From NCBI GenBank assembly GCA_964418385.1, contig CAYQLH010000001.1:1-53790 (forward strand): DNA of 53,790 bases, given 5' to 3'. This document shows, in pieces, positions 1 through 8,500 of the stretch; position 1 is the first letter of the stretch; every line of letters starts with the position of its first letter. The notes beneath the pieces are model-generated. The model did no database searches and had not been told where the DNA came from. It saw nothing but the letters and a program-made list of their open reading frames with translations. A program made the position numbers and the translations under genes. The DNA comes from an uncultured Pseudomonadales bacterium (GTDB lineage Bacteria; Patescibacteriota; Microgenomatia; UBA1400; PJMF01).

Positions 1-103
1 GCAAACCTTCCCGAAAAGGTGGCAAACTTGCTAAATTTACAAACACAAAAATTAGCATTTGTAGAATTGCCAGACAAATAATACGCCCTGTACGTTTCAG
101 CAT
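1..103 (-). CDS. 5' end of an unidentified membrane/secreted protein gene that runs off the left edge (MLKRTGRIICLAILQMLIFVFVNLASLPPFREGL...)
   Basis: ATG at 103-101 on the minus strand, with AAAGAAAGG about 6 nt upstream. The frame stays open to the window edge and the N-terminus is hydrophobic. Only 34 codons are visible, so no family can be called. Confidence 0.3.
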   Translation of the reverse strand, partial: MLKRTGRIICLAILQMLIFVFVNLASLPPFREGL

Positions 104-358
104 TGCTGCCTTTCTTTTGCTTTACTTTGTCCCGGGATACGTGTGCCTACAAACACTATAGGCAGACGACTTGAGTCTATGCTCGCGCCCGGTTGGCCAA
201 GTAAACGCTACGGAGAAACATAGCAAAGTGTTATACTATCAACCTGGCAAAAGTCATCTGCCTAATTGCACACTTTGCTGAGCGTGAATACGCGCACTCT
301 GATACGACTGTTTGAAAAATTATTTAAGTTCTCCTTTCGTTATAGCGTTTAACTTGGC
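104..358 (-). promoter_or_regulatory. Long structured 5' leader or candidate cis-regulatory RNA upstream of the edge gene
   Basis: It lies downstream of a TGTGATATAAT promoter (365-375, minus) and has no ORF. Long-range inverted repeats are 327-357 with 197-219 (CCAAG/TAAACGCTA/GGAGAAC blocks) and a perfect 10-bp pair 222-231 with 270-279. There is also a hairpin TGCCTA/TAGGCA at 144-164 and a CTGCC segment that could pair with GGCAG next to the start codon. Confidence 0.3.
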
Positions 359-364
359 GTGTTT

Positions 365-375
365 ATTATATCACA
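365..375 (-). promoter_or_regulatory. Extended -10 promoter (TGTGATATAAT)
   Basis: The reverse complement of 365-375 reads TGTGATATAAT. The same 11-mer is used upstream of other genes in this window (9907, 18451). Confidence 0.45.
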
Positions 376-537
376 AATTTGAAATTGTGGGCGGGGAATT
401 TGCGGTCTGGTTGTTGGTCAAATCTTTGGTGACGGCACCATGCTTGCTTGATTGCTTGCCAAAATAAATTCACGTGTTGTTTCGTGCCTGCCTTTTTTGC
501 CTTGGTCCCCTCCCCTATGGCGTGGGCGAAGCCTTTA

Positions 538-572
538 ATGCTGCACGTGTAGCATTACAATTTTCCAGGCGT
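538..572 (+). repeat. Copy 1 of a 35-nt intergenic element with a CACGTG-centred palindrome (ATGCTGCACGTGTAGCAT TACAA TTTTCCAGGCGT)
   Basis: 31 of 35 positions are identical to 40814-40848, in the same orientation. The palindromic core is 537-556 with one G/T imperfection. Confidence 0.8.
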
Positions 573-658
573 GAAGTGTATAAAAATGTAACATTTTTAT
601 TAAAATGACGTCGATTGGTGTCATGAATCTTAAAAAGCGGATGATATTAAATAAAAAG

Positions 659-669
659 TGTGGTATAAT
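659..669 (+). promoter_or_regulatory. Extended -10 promoter (TGTGGTATAAT) for the CDF/Gpx pair
   Basis: Exact TGTGGTATAAT lies about 50 nt upstream of the first possible start at 718. Confidence 0.5.
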
Positions 670-717
670 TTTGTCAAACGCGATAGTTAATGCCAATTTG
701 AGGAAGTCAAGTAAAAA

Positions 718-1845
718 TTGAGAGACAACAGTATGAATGACAAGCGTGAAAAAACAATTATTCAAACAAGCACTATCAGCATAATTTCAAATATTGTCCT
801 TGCTGGCTTTAAAGCCTTTGTGGGTATGCTGGCGAACTCAATTGCAATTGTTTCTGATGCTGTTAATAATTTGAGTGATGCCTTATCAAGCATCATCACC
901 ATCGTTGGTACGAAACTTGCTAGTAAACCGCCAGATAAAAAACATCCATACGGTTATGGCAGAATTGAATATATGACCGCTTTACTTGTTTCTGCTATCG
1001 TTTTATATGCTGGTATGACTACTTTGGTGGAATCTGTGAAAAAAATTATTCAGCCCCAGCCCGCAGATTATAGCCCATTGACACTGATAATTTTAATTGT
1101 CGGCATTATGGTTAAATTTGCTTTAGGGTTGTATGTCAAGAAAAAAGGAAAAGATGTTCATTCTGATTCATTGGTGGCCAGTGGATCAGATGCATTGAGC
1201 GATGCAGTGTTATCGATTTCGGTTTTGGCAGCGGCAATTGTTTATATGATGTTTGATCTTAATTTGGAAGCGTATGTGGGGGTATTATTATCAATATTTA
1301 TTATGAAGGCCGGTTTTGAATTGATTAAAGAGTCAGTGGATAATATGCTTGGTGTCAGAGTGGAAAGCAATTTGGCCAGAGCGATAAAAAAAGAAATTGT
1401 AAAAGAAGAAGAGATACAAGGAGCGTATGATTTGGTATTAAATGATTACGGACCGGATAAGTATTTAGGATCAGTGCATATAGAAGTGGCCGATACTTTG
1501 ACTGTGGCTGATATAGATAAAATCTCGCGCAAGATTACCAAATCAATTATGAAAAAGTATGGAGTGATATTACATACGATTGGGGTTTACTCAGTAAATA
1601 CTCGGGATCAAAAATTGATTGCAGTCAAAAAAGAAATTACCAAAATAGTATTTTCTCATCCAGGAATATTACAAATGCATGGTTTTTATTTTGATCAAGA
1701 GGAGAAAAGTATCAGTTTTGATATTATTATCGATTTTAAAATAAAAAATAGAGAAAAAATTTATAAAGAAATATTTGATGAAGTGCAAAACCGCTATCAA
1801 AATTATAAAATAGATATCACCTTAGATATCGATGTGAGCGATTAA
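718..1845 (+). CDS. Cation diffusion facilitator (CDF) family divalent-metal efflux transporter
   Basis: 375-aa ORF with 6 predicted TM helices plus a C-terminal cytoplasmic domain. CDF-typical strings include SIAIVSDAVNNLSDA, HPYGYGRIEY and LVASGSDALSDA. The start may be TTG 718 or ATG 733. Confidence 0.85.
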   Translation: MRDNSMNDKREKTIIQTSTISIISNIVLAGFKAFVGMLANSIAIVSDAVNNLSDALSSIITIVGTKLASKPPDKKHPYGYGRIEYMTALLVSAIVLYAGMTTLVESVKKIIQPQPADYSPLTLIILIVGIMVKFALGLYVKKKGKDVHSDSLVASGSDALSDAVLSISVLAAAIVYMMFDLNLEAYVGVLLSIFIMKAGFELIKESVDNMLGVRVESNLARAIKKEIVKEEEIQGAYDLVLNDYGPDKYLGSVHIEVADTLTVADIDKISRKITKSIMKKYGVILHTIGVYSVNTRDQKLIAVKKEITKIVFSHPGILQMHGFYFDQEEKSISFDIIIDFKIKNREKIYKEIFDEVQNRYQNYKIDITLDIDVSD

Positions 1846-1855
1846 AGGAGATGAA

Positions 1856-2401
1856 ATGTCAATATATGATTATTTTTTACTAGATAGAAATGGTAAAGAA
1901 ATTCCATTGCAAGAATACAAAGGAAAAGTATTAATCATTGTGAACACGGCTACTGGTTGTGGTTTTACTCCGCAATATAAGGGTTTGGAAGCACTATATC
2001 AAAAATATCATGAAAAAGGATTGGAAATCATTGATATTCCATGCAATCAATTTGGCAATCAAGCGCCTGGTAGCGATAAGGAAATACACGAATTTTGTAC
2101 TTTAAAATATCGTACTTCATTTGATCAATTTGCCAAGGCGGACGTGAATGGAGAGCATGAATTGGCGTTGTATGCGTATTTAAAAAGACAAGTCAAAGCA
2201 GATAAAATAGTTGGCGCTAAAAACAAAATGATGATGAAAACAGTTGAAAAAATAAGTAAGACCACAAAAAATAAGGAAGATATCAAGTGGAATTTTACAA
2301 AGTTTTTAGTGGACAAAGAAGGAAAGGTCGTTGAAAGGTATTCTCCGACTTTTAAGCCCGAAGAAATTGAAGAAGATATCCAGAAAGTAATATCTCAATA
2401 G
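1856..2401 (+). CDS. gpx: Glutathione peroxidase family protein
   Basis: VNTATGCGFTPQY with the catalytic Cys, NQFGNQAPG, and WNFTKFLVD, which are the three canonical Gpx motifs. GGAG lies upstream of the ATG. Confidence 0.9.
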   Translation: MSIYDYFLLDRNGKEIPLQEYKGKVLIIVNTATGCGFTPQYKGLEALYQKYHEKGLEIIDIPCNQFGNQAPGSDKEIHEFCTLKYRTSFDQFAKADVNGEHELALYAYLKRQVKADKIVGAKNKMMMKTVEKISKTTKNKEDIKWNFTKFLVDKEGKVVERYSPTFKPEEIEEDIQKVISQ

Positions 2402-2454
2402 TCTGAAACAAGTGTTAGTGGTACCAGACTGCGCTTAAGAGGAGAAAGGTTTAG

Positions 2455-2538
2455 CGGAGGTAGAGGGATTCGAACCCACGAAGCCTTGCGGACTCACGCT
2501 TTCCAAGCGTGTGCAATTGACCACTATGCGATACCTCC
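2455..2538 (-). tRNA. tRNA-Ser (anticodon GGA)
   Basis: Hand-folded cloverleaf with acceptor GGAGGTA/TACCTCC and anticodon stem CACGC/GCGTG. The anticodon loop is TTGGAAA, there is a long variable arm (AGTCCGCAAGGCTTC), and the T-loop is TTCGAAT. There is one U-U mismatch in the T stem and no encoded CCA. Confidence 0.85.
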
Positions 2539-2562
2539 ACTTTTAAAGATGTGTGTATTGTA

Positions 2563-3126
2563 TCACATTTTTGCTAAAAATTGGCGCCATTTTTGGGTCA
2601 TCCGGGTGAGAGTCGAGTTGATGGCCGCTCCTTTGGCTTCAAGCTCATCGATGTCTTCGGGACGAAACCAACGCAAATCGTCTGATTCTGGGGAGATGGT
2701 AAACTCCCAGGTGGGTGAGCGCATGAGAAAGCGGATATCATGGTGATAATGCGGATCACCAGCGTAAGCATTGATGGTGTGAACGTCGAGATCAAAAATC
2801 TCTGTTTGCAAAAGTTCGGGGTTGACAATGCCTGATTCTTCGCGAACTTCACGCAGGGCTGCTTGAGTAAGCGTTTCGCCGGCATCTACATGGCCGCCCA
2901 GTTGTACCCAGAGCTTAAATTTGTGGTGAAAAGTCAGCAACACTTGACTGCAGTCGGGACTTAAAAGCCAACCGTCAGCAGTGAGATGGTGTTTTTGGTT
3001 TTGGGGATAAGTGAGGGGCTCGCCTTGTTTTAACCAAGCGATTGTTTCCTCTTGAGAGCGGCGATCGCGCTCGTCTGAAGGGCAATAGCGGGCAACAGCG
3101 GCAATGATAACTTCGTGCGTGGACAT
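2563..3126 (-). CDS. NUDIX hydrolase
   Basis: Nudix box GGHVDAGETLTQAALREVREESGI (GX5EX7REUXEEXGU). Confidence 0.85.
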   Translation of the reverse strand: MSTHEVIIAAVARYCPSDERDRRSQEETIAWLKQGEPLTYPQNQKHHLTADGWLLSPDCSQVLLTFHHKFKLWVQLGGHVDAGETLTQAALREVREESGIVNPELLQTEIFDLDVHTINAYAGDPHYHHDIRFLMRSPTWEFTISPESDDLRWFRPEDIDELEAKGAAINSTLTRMTQKWRQFLAKM

Positions 3127-3134
3127 AGGTAGTT

Positions 3135-4529
3135 TTAATCTTGTCTAACAGCGTGATAAATATCGCCGGCACCGAGGATGAGGAGAATGTCGCCGGGGTG
3201 GGTGTGGGTGGGGATAAGCGTGGCGAGCGCGGGAACATCTGGGGCGTCAGCAATAAATTCAAAATCTTTGCCGGTAGCTTTGATCGCTTTAATGAGGGTG
3301 TGGCGGGAAACGGTGGGATCAAAAGATTCACGGGCTGAAGGAAAGATTTCGCAAATAAGCAGTCGCGGGCATAAGCTTAAACTTTCGGCAAATTCGTTTA
3401 AAAGGGCTTTGGTGCGAGAAAAGGTGTGTGGTTGAAAAGCCACCACCAGTTTGCGATCAGGAAATTTTTCTTGCATGGCTCGGATGGCGGCGCGAATTTC
3501 ACTGGGATGATGCGCATAGTCGTCCCAGATATCAACGCCGTTTTGAGTACCGACAAATTCCAGGCGACGCCGGACCGAGCGATAATTCTTGAGAGCGCTT
3601 AAGATTTTTGGGCGGTGAAAGCCCATTTTTTCTAAAGTCGCCAAAGCAGCGAGAGCGTTGAGCTGATTGTAAAGTCCAGGCAGGAGAAGGTCAATTTTAA
3701 TTTTGGTAAGCGAGTAATCATGGGAATCCTTTTGCCCAAAGCTGACAATAGTGACATCAGGGCGGTTTTGGTGAAGTTGACTGGCGAGCTCACACAAAGT
3801 GGTGTCGTCACCGTTATAGACCAGGATACCCTCTGGTTTGAGTTGACAGAAAAAGTCGAGAAAAACTTGTTGCGTGTGCTCAAAATTGCGATAAACGTCG
3901 GGGTGATCATAACGGAGATTGGGACAAACAATAATTTGTGGATGGAGGTAGGAAAAACGGACTCGTGCTTCTGGAGTGCCGAGGGTGGTGGGATCAGCAA
4001 TGTATTCGTCTGCCTCAGCAATGAAATAATCAGCGTCTGGCAAGTACTGACCAGTTTTGGACAAGCCTAAGATTTCGCCCACACCGACAGCGTAGGATTT
4101 GGGTTTGATTTGTGCGCATACCCAGGCAATCATAGCGGAAATACTCGATTTACCACCGACACCGCAAACGGCAATACCGTGCTGGCGGTCAAAAAGCGAA
4201 GCTAAGGCTTGCATGTGAGAAAAGGTTGGTAAACCGCGTTTGAGCGCTGCTTGAACTTGGGGGTGCGTGTGACCACCGTGGGAACCGGTATACACGACTG
4301 CATCGACATCTTTGGGTAGCGGTGCTTTAAGAGGAATGATAGGGATGTTGAGCCGCTCTAGATTGTTACTGGTGGGGAAACGCTCATCAGTGTCGGAACC
4401 GCTGACTTTGAGACCGGCATCGAGGAGACACGACGCCAAAGCGGTCATGCCAACACCTTTTATGCCCATTAAAAAAACATGTTTATATCGCAAAATATCT
4501 TCATTTTGATCAATTATTGTCTGTGTCAT
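3135..4529 (-). CDS. murC: UDP-N-acetylmuramate--L-alanine ligase (MurC/Mpl type)
   Basis: N-terminal Rossmann motif MGIKGVGMTALASCLLDAGLKVSGSD and the Mur-ligase P-loop CGVGGKSS. The central and C-terminal domains are of typical length (464 aa). Confidence 0.85.
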   Translation of the reverse strand: MTQTIIDQNEDILRYKHVFLMGIKGVGMTALASCLLDAGLKVSGSDTDERFPTSNNLERLNIPIIPLKAPLPKDVDAVVYTGSHGGHTHPQVQAALKRGLPTFSHMQALASLFDRQHGIAVCGVGGKSSISAMIAWVCAQIKPKSYAVGVGEILGLSKTGQYLPDADYFIAEADEYIADPTTLGTPEARVRFSYLHPQIIVCPNLRYDHPDVYRNFEHTQQVFLDFFCQLKPEGILVYNGDDTTLCELASQLHQNRPDVTIVSFGQKDSHDYSLTKIKIDLLLPGLYNQLNALAALATLEKMGFHRPKILSALKNYRSVRRRLEFVGTQNGVDIWDDYAHHPSEIRAAIRAMQEKFPDRKLVVAFQPHTFSRTKALLNEFAESLSLCPRLLICEIFPSARESFDPTVSRHTLIKAIKATGKDFEFIADAPDVPALATLIPTHTHPGDILLILGAGDIYHAVRQD

Positions 4530-5754
4530 GGACGTGACTTTCTAGTTCGGCAATGATGTTGCGAGCGCCGTCGCGGTCGCACCAAAGGGTTTCAGTGTGA
4601 CCGTCGTAATTCATGCTTTTTTCGTGGCCTTTGCCAAAAATGGCAATGACGTTACCATCGTGGGCGTAATGCTCGAGAGCAAAACGGAGAGCTTTTTCGC
4701 GATTGGGAATGGAAACAACTTTGGCTTGGTGGGGTGAAATTTCACTTTTCATTTGTTGGATGATGGACCAAATGTTTTCGGTGCGTGGGTCTTCGCTAGT
4801 AAAAATAGCAACGTCGCAGTATTGCGCCATGAGTTTGCCCATTTGCGGACGTTTGGTATGATCGCGCAGACCAGCGCAGCCGACAATACCAATAAGTTGA
4901 TTTTTGCCGGTGAGATATTGCTTGTGGATAGCTGGCAAAACGGCGGCGAGCGCTTGCGGGGTGTGCGCAAAATCGACGATCATGGTAAAATTGAGTTTGG
5001 TGGGAATAATCTCAAGGCGACCTTCTGGTAATTTGAAAGTGGCGATATTGGTTTGAAGCGTTTTTTCGTTGACTCCTAAGTGTTTACAAATGGTAATGGC
5101 AAGATAAGCATTGGCACGATTATAGTCTTCGCTGAAGCGATCGCGAATAGCTTTTTCTAAGGGCGCGCTGAAGCGAGTGGTTTTCGAATAAGTAACCAAG
5201 TTGACTGTTGGTTTGAGGAGACGTTTGATTTGGTGAAAGTATTCCGTATCATCGGCCACGACGGCAGTGTCCGCCGCGTTGAGGACGAGAGTTTTTGCTT
5301 GGAGATAATTGTCAAAGTTGAGATGATAATCCCAGTGATCGTGATCGACATTGGTCAGTCCGGAAACAGTGGCGTGAATACCGATACCGCGCCATTGATA
5401 TGCTCCTTGAGAAGTCATTTCCAAAACGCAATACTCCATGCCAGCATCCACCATTTGGTGTAAGTAGCGGTACAAATCGGTAGGAGACGGCGTGGTGGTG
5501 TGGAAACCAGTGTCGAGCGTTTTGTCACCGATATAAGCGGCAACGGTGGAAAGCAGTCCCACTTTATAACCAGCGTGATGAAGAAGATGATAGATGAGCG
5601 AACTGGTGGTGGTTTTACCATCAGTGCCGGTAATCATGATGATTTTAAGCTGACGTTCTGGATGACCTTCGCGCGCGGCGGCGATAAGGCCGGGAATTCC
5701 GGTTTTGGCAAAATGATAATAGCGCTTGGCTCGGTAAATCAGCTGCTTCATCAA
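4510..5754 (-). CDS. murE: Mur ligase, MurE-like (UDP-MurNAc-tripeptide synthetase) with a shortened N-terminal domain
   Basis: ITGTDGKTTT P-loop, HTTTPSP, LEMTSQG, NVDHDHWDYH, SEDPRTEN and FGKGHE. Its 3' end overlaps the murC start by 20 nt. Confidence 0.7.
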   Translation of the reverse strand: MMKQLIYRAKRYYHFAKTGIPGLIAAAREGHPERQLKIIMITGTDGKTTTSSLIYHLLHHAGYKVGLLSTVAAYIGDKTLDTGFHTTTPSPTDLYRYLHQMVDAGMEYCVLEMTSQGAYQWRGIGIHATVSGLTNVDHDHWDYHLNFDNYLQAKTLVLNAADTAVVADDTEYFHQIKRLLKPTVNLVTYSKTTRFSAPLEKAIRDRFSEDYNRANAYLAITICKHLGVNEKTLQTNIATFKLPEGRLEIIPTKLNFTMIVDFAHTPQALAAVLPAIHKQYLTGKNQLIGIVGCAGLRDHTKRPQMGKLMAQYCDVAIFTSEDPRTENIWSIIQQMKSEISPHQAKVVSIPNREKALRFALEHYAHDGNVIAIFGKGHEKSMNYDGHTETLWCDRDGARNIIAELESHVHDTDNN

Positions 5755-7157
5755 ACCTCGATTTTTTGCTTGATATATTCTGGTAATTTGGCGATACTGA
5801 CGTGTTCTTGTGCCATCGTGTCGCGGTCGCGAACAGTGACTTTGTCGCTTGAAAGAGCATCAAAGTCGACAGTGATTGTCAGCGGCGTCCCGATTTCGTC
5901 TTGGCGGCGATAGCGTTTGCCGATATTGCCGTGGTCGTCGAATTCAATTTGATAAAGCGGTCGCAGCATGGCTGTGATTTCGCGGGCTTTACTGACAAGT
6001 TCTGGTTTGTTGCGCAAAAGTGGGAAGACAGCAGCTTTGATTGGCGCCAGACGTGGGTGGAGTTTCAAAACTAAGCGTTCGCCAGTTTCTATTTTTTCTT
6101 GAGTATAGCCGAAATCTAGGAACATTAAGAAGAGACGACCTAAACCAACTGAGGTTTCCATGATGTGTGGAATGAAGCGTTCACCAGTTTTTTCGTCAAA
6201 ATACGTCAAGTCAGCACCAGAAAATTTGGAATGTTGCGATAAATCCCAATTGCCGCGAGCGTGGATGCCTTCAATTTCTTTAAAGCCACCCAAAAATTGA
6301 CTGTTGTACTCGATGTCAAAAGCGGCGGAAGCATAATGTGAGAGTTTGACGTGTTTAAACCAGCGGATTTTGCTTTCGTCCATACCGAGGCTTAAATACC
6401 ATTGCCAGCGCTGTTGTTTCCAATATTCGTATTTTTCTTCCATCATGCTAGGATGCAAGAAATACTGCATTTCCATTTGCTCAAATTCGCGAGTGCGGAA
6501 AATAAACTGACGGGCAATAATTTCGTTGCGAAATGCTTTACCTACTTGAGCGATACCGAATGGCAAGTGGGGGTGGAGTGAGTCAATGGTGTTTTTGTAT
6601 TCCAGGTAAATCCCACCGCATGTTTCTGGGCGCAAATAGACAACGTTTTCATCGGTGAGATCATCTGTGGGCGCGCCGATATTGGACTTGACCATTAAAG
6701 AGAAGCGGCGCGCGGGCGTGAGATCGGTGCTACCACAAATAGGACAAGTGAGTTTTTTGCCGCTGGCACGAACCTCTTCGAGTTTAGCGTTGACAACGTC
6801 AATGGTTTCTTTGTCGACATTGATCCCAAATTCTTCCAAGAGATGATCGGCGCGAATGCGAGCGTGACAATGTTTACAGTCAATTTGTGGATCATCAAAA
6901 TTGTCGACGTGACCGGAAGCTTTCCAGGTTGTAGGCGCCATGAAAATAGCACTGTCGAGCCCCAAAACATCCTCGCGCAGTTGAACCATTTCACGCCACC
7001 AAGCGTCGCGAATGTTGTTTTTGAGGAGAATGCCGTAATGACCATAATCGTAAATTGCGCTCATGCCGCCATAAATTTCGCTGGACGGGTAAACAAAACC
7101 TCGCGATTTGCAAAAGCTCACCAGTTGCTCAAGTTTGGATTTTTCTTGTTTGGCCAT
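5751..7157 (-). CDS. glyQS: Glycine--tRNA ligase (homodimeric GlyQS type)
   Basis: RGFVYPSSEIYGG near the N-terminus, with class II motifs and an anticodon-binding C-terminus. A GAGGA RBS is present. A TGTGGTATAAT promoter lies at 7196-7206 on the minus strand. Confidence 0.92.
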   Translation of the reverse strand: MAKQEKSKLEQLVSFCKSRGFVYPSSEIYGGMSAIYDYGHYGILLKNNIRDAWWREMVQLREDVLGLDSAIFMAPTTWKASGHVDNFDDPQIDCKHCHARIRADHLLEEFGINVDKETIDVVNAKLEEVRASGKKLTCPICGSTDLTPARRFSLMVKSNIGAPTDDLTDENVVYLRPETCGGIYLEYKNTIDSLHPHLPFGIAQVGKAFRNEIIARQFIFRTREFEQMEMQYFLHPSMMEEKYEYWKQQRWQWYLSLGMDESKIRWFKHVKLSHYASAAFDIEYNSQFLGGFKEIEGIHARGNWDLSQHSKFSGADLTYFDEKTGERFIPHIMETSVGLGRLFLMFLDFGYTQEKIETGERLVLKLHPRLAPIKAAVFPLLRNKPELVSKAREITAMLRPLYQIEFDDHGNIGKRYRRQDEIGTPLTITVDFDALSSDKVTVRDRDTMAQEHVSIAKLPEYIKQKIEV

Positions 7158-7275
7158 AATTCCTCACTAATTTTATTAATTTCTCAAACTGGGATATTAT
7201 ACCACAAAATCTGGTTTTTGTTGGATTATTATTTTAATAAAAGTACTGGCTTTTGCGAGCGCAACGGGAAGCTGT

Positions 7276-8499
7276 TTAGCGACATCTTTCTTGTAAATCG
7301 CTTAAAACAATGCAAAAACGTCGGTAAGCTTCGTACGGTGAATCGTAGGCAGAAAAATAGGCATGTACATCGCCGTCTGCGAAATATTTGGTGCACATGT
7401 AGTAAAAATGATCGCTGGTTTGCAGGCGCCGCCAATCTTGTAAAAGTTGTGGATCTTTTTTTGCCAGGATTGCTTTTTCGAGGTCATAAATTTTTTTGAG
7501 GGTGTCAATTTGAAGATCGTTGGAGCGCCAGGCAGAAAGATCGCGCTTTTCGTCAGCCCAAGATATGGGTTCGTCAACGTTGTAAATTGGTAGAGATTTG
7601 ACCCATTTTGTCCATTGGTTCTGGTCGGTAATGTTTTTGGGGTTAAATTCATCTTGTGGACGGGTAAATTGAAGGTGGTCATCAGCAACACTATCAATGA
7701 CAAAACGGCGAAAAAAATCAAAAATGCCAGTTGACGACCACTGATGTTCACCGAAAGTTTCAAAATCCATAAATAAATTGATGAGTTCTTCATCGCGGTA
7801 GTCATGAAGCCAACGGAGGTATTTTTCGCTGGTGAGCGGCCAGGAAACCCAAGATTTTTGTGAAAAGCGGAAGGCGATATCATCAGACAAAGTGGCGTGC
7901 TTAAGCATCAAAGGCAGAGGAGGGTCGCAATTGGCGCGATAAAGAGTGGTTTTGGGACGATCACCCAAGAGCCAATCCACGCCTTCTGTCAGTAAACCGC
8001 GAAAACCAAGTTCGGCGACTTGATAGCCAATATTATTGTTGTAAATCATTTCGGTGTTGCGAAAAGTCACTGGTTTAATGCCGAAAAGATCGTGCATGAG
8101 TTTTTGATGCATTTTGACTTGGTTTTTAAATTCCGTGGGCGAATAGAGGGCAGCGAGCGAATGGTAATAATTCTCTCCGACAACTTCTACTTGAGAGTGA
8201 TGAGCAGCAAGGCGTTTGAGAAGATCAAGAACGTCGCTACCCCACGCTTGTGCTTGTTCTAGAAAAACGCCAGAGCAAGAAAAACTAAATTTAAAATCGG
8301 GATAAGTTTCAATCAAGCGCAAAAGTAAGGATAACATTGGGCGGTAGGATTTGTCGGCGACTTTATCAAAAACTTGGTGATTTTGGTCGTAACAAGCGTC
8401 ACAAAAATATTGATGTTTGGGGTCGTCTAAATCTAACACCGAAAAATTGGTGAGTCTGTAGGGCTGATGTAAAAGGAAATAAAAGCAAACTTTTGGCAT
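7276..8499 (-). CDS. Glycoside hydrolase family 57 protein (alpha-amylase / alpha-glucan-acting)
   Basis: MPKVCFYFLLHQPYRL start and the FMDFETFGEHQW catalytic region, both typical of GH57. The start was moved to ATG 8499, so it sits 1 nt after the upstream gene's stop instead of overlapping it by 160 nt. Confidence 0.8.
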   Translation of the reverse strand: MPKVCFYFLLHQPYRLTNFSVLDLDDPKHQYFCDACYDQNHQVFDKVADKSYRPMLSLLLRLIETYPDFKFSFSCSGVFLEQAQAWGSDVLDLLKRLAAHHSQVEVVGENYYHSLAALYSPTEFKNQVKMHQKLMHDLFGIKPVTFRNTEMIYNNNIGYQVAELGFRGLLTEGVDWLLGDRPKTTLYRANCDPPLPLMLKHATLSDDIAFRFSQKSWVSWPLTSEKYLRWLHDYRDEELINLFMDFETFGEHQWSSTGIFDFFRRFVIDSVADDHLQFTRPQDEFNPKNITDQNQWTKWVKSLPIYNVDEPISWADEKRDLSAWRSNDLQIDTLKKIYDLEKAILAKKDPQLLQDWRRLQTSDHFYYMCTKYFADGDVHAYFSAYDSPYEAYRRFCIVLSDLQERCR

Positions 8500-8500
8500 G

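Noticed and set aside
1-535. Possible RNase P RNA, tmRNA or SRP RNA in the ORF-free left end
   Set aside because: On either strand I found no GGAAAGTCC-type P4 motif, no GGTTCGA T-arm-like 3' domain or GGGG 5' end for tmRNA, and no GGAA-tetraloop / AGCAGCC SRP domain IV motif. The region is better explained as a promoter plus structured leader (104-358) and spacer.
535-765. 76-aa minus-strand ORF whose C-terminus (...WKIVMLHVQH) resembles that of ORF 40805-41263 (...WKTVMLHVQHKL)
   Set aside because: The similarity is caused by translating the repeated 35-nt DNA element. The ORF overlaps the CDF promoter and start, has no RBS and has AT-rich junk composition.
580-2538. att-type direct repeat of the tRNA-Ser 3' end marking an integrated element
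   Set aside because: I could not find any copy of the tRNA 3' segment (for example GATTCGAACC or TAGAGGG...) in 380-720, and no integrase gene is present. The acquisition hypothesis therefore rests on composition and position only.
6843-7499. 218-aa plus-strand ORF
   Set aside because: It is antisense to glyQS and to the 3' end of the GH57 gene and crosses the intergenic promoter region. It is a typical shadow ORF.
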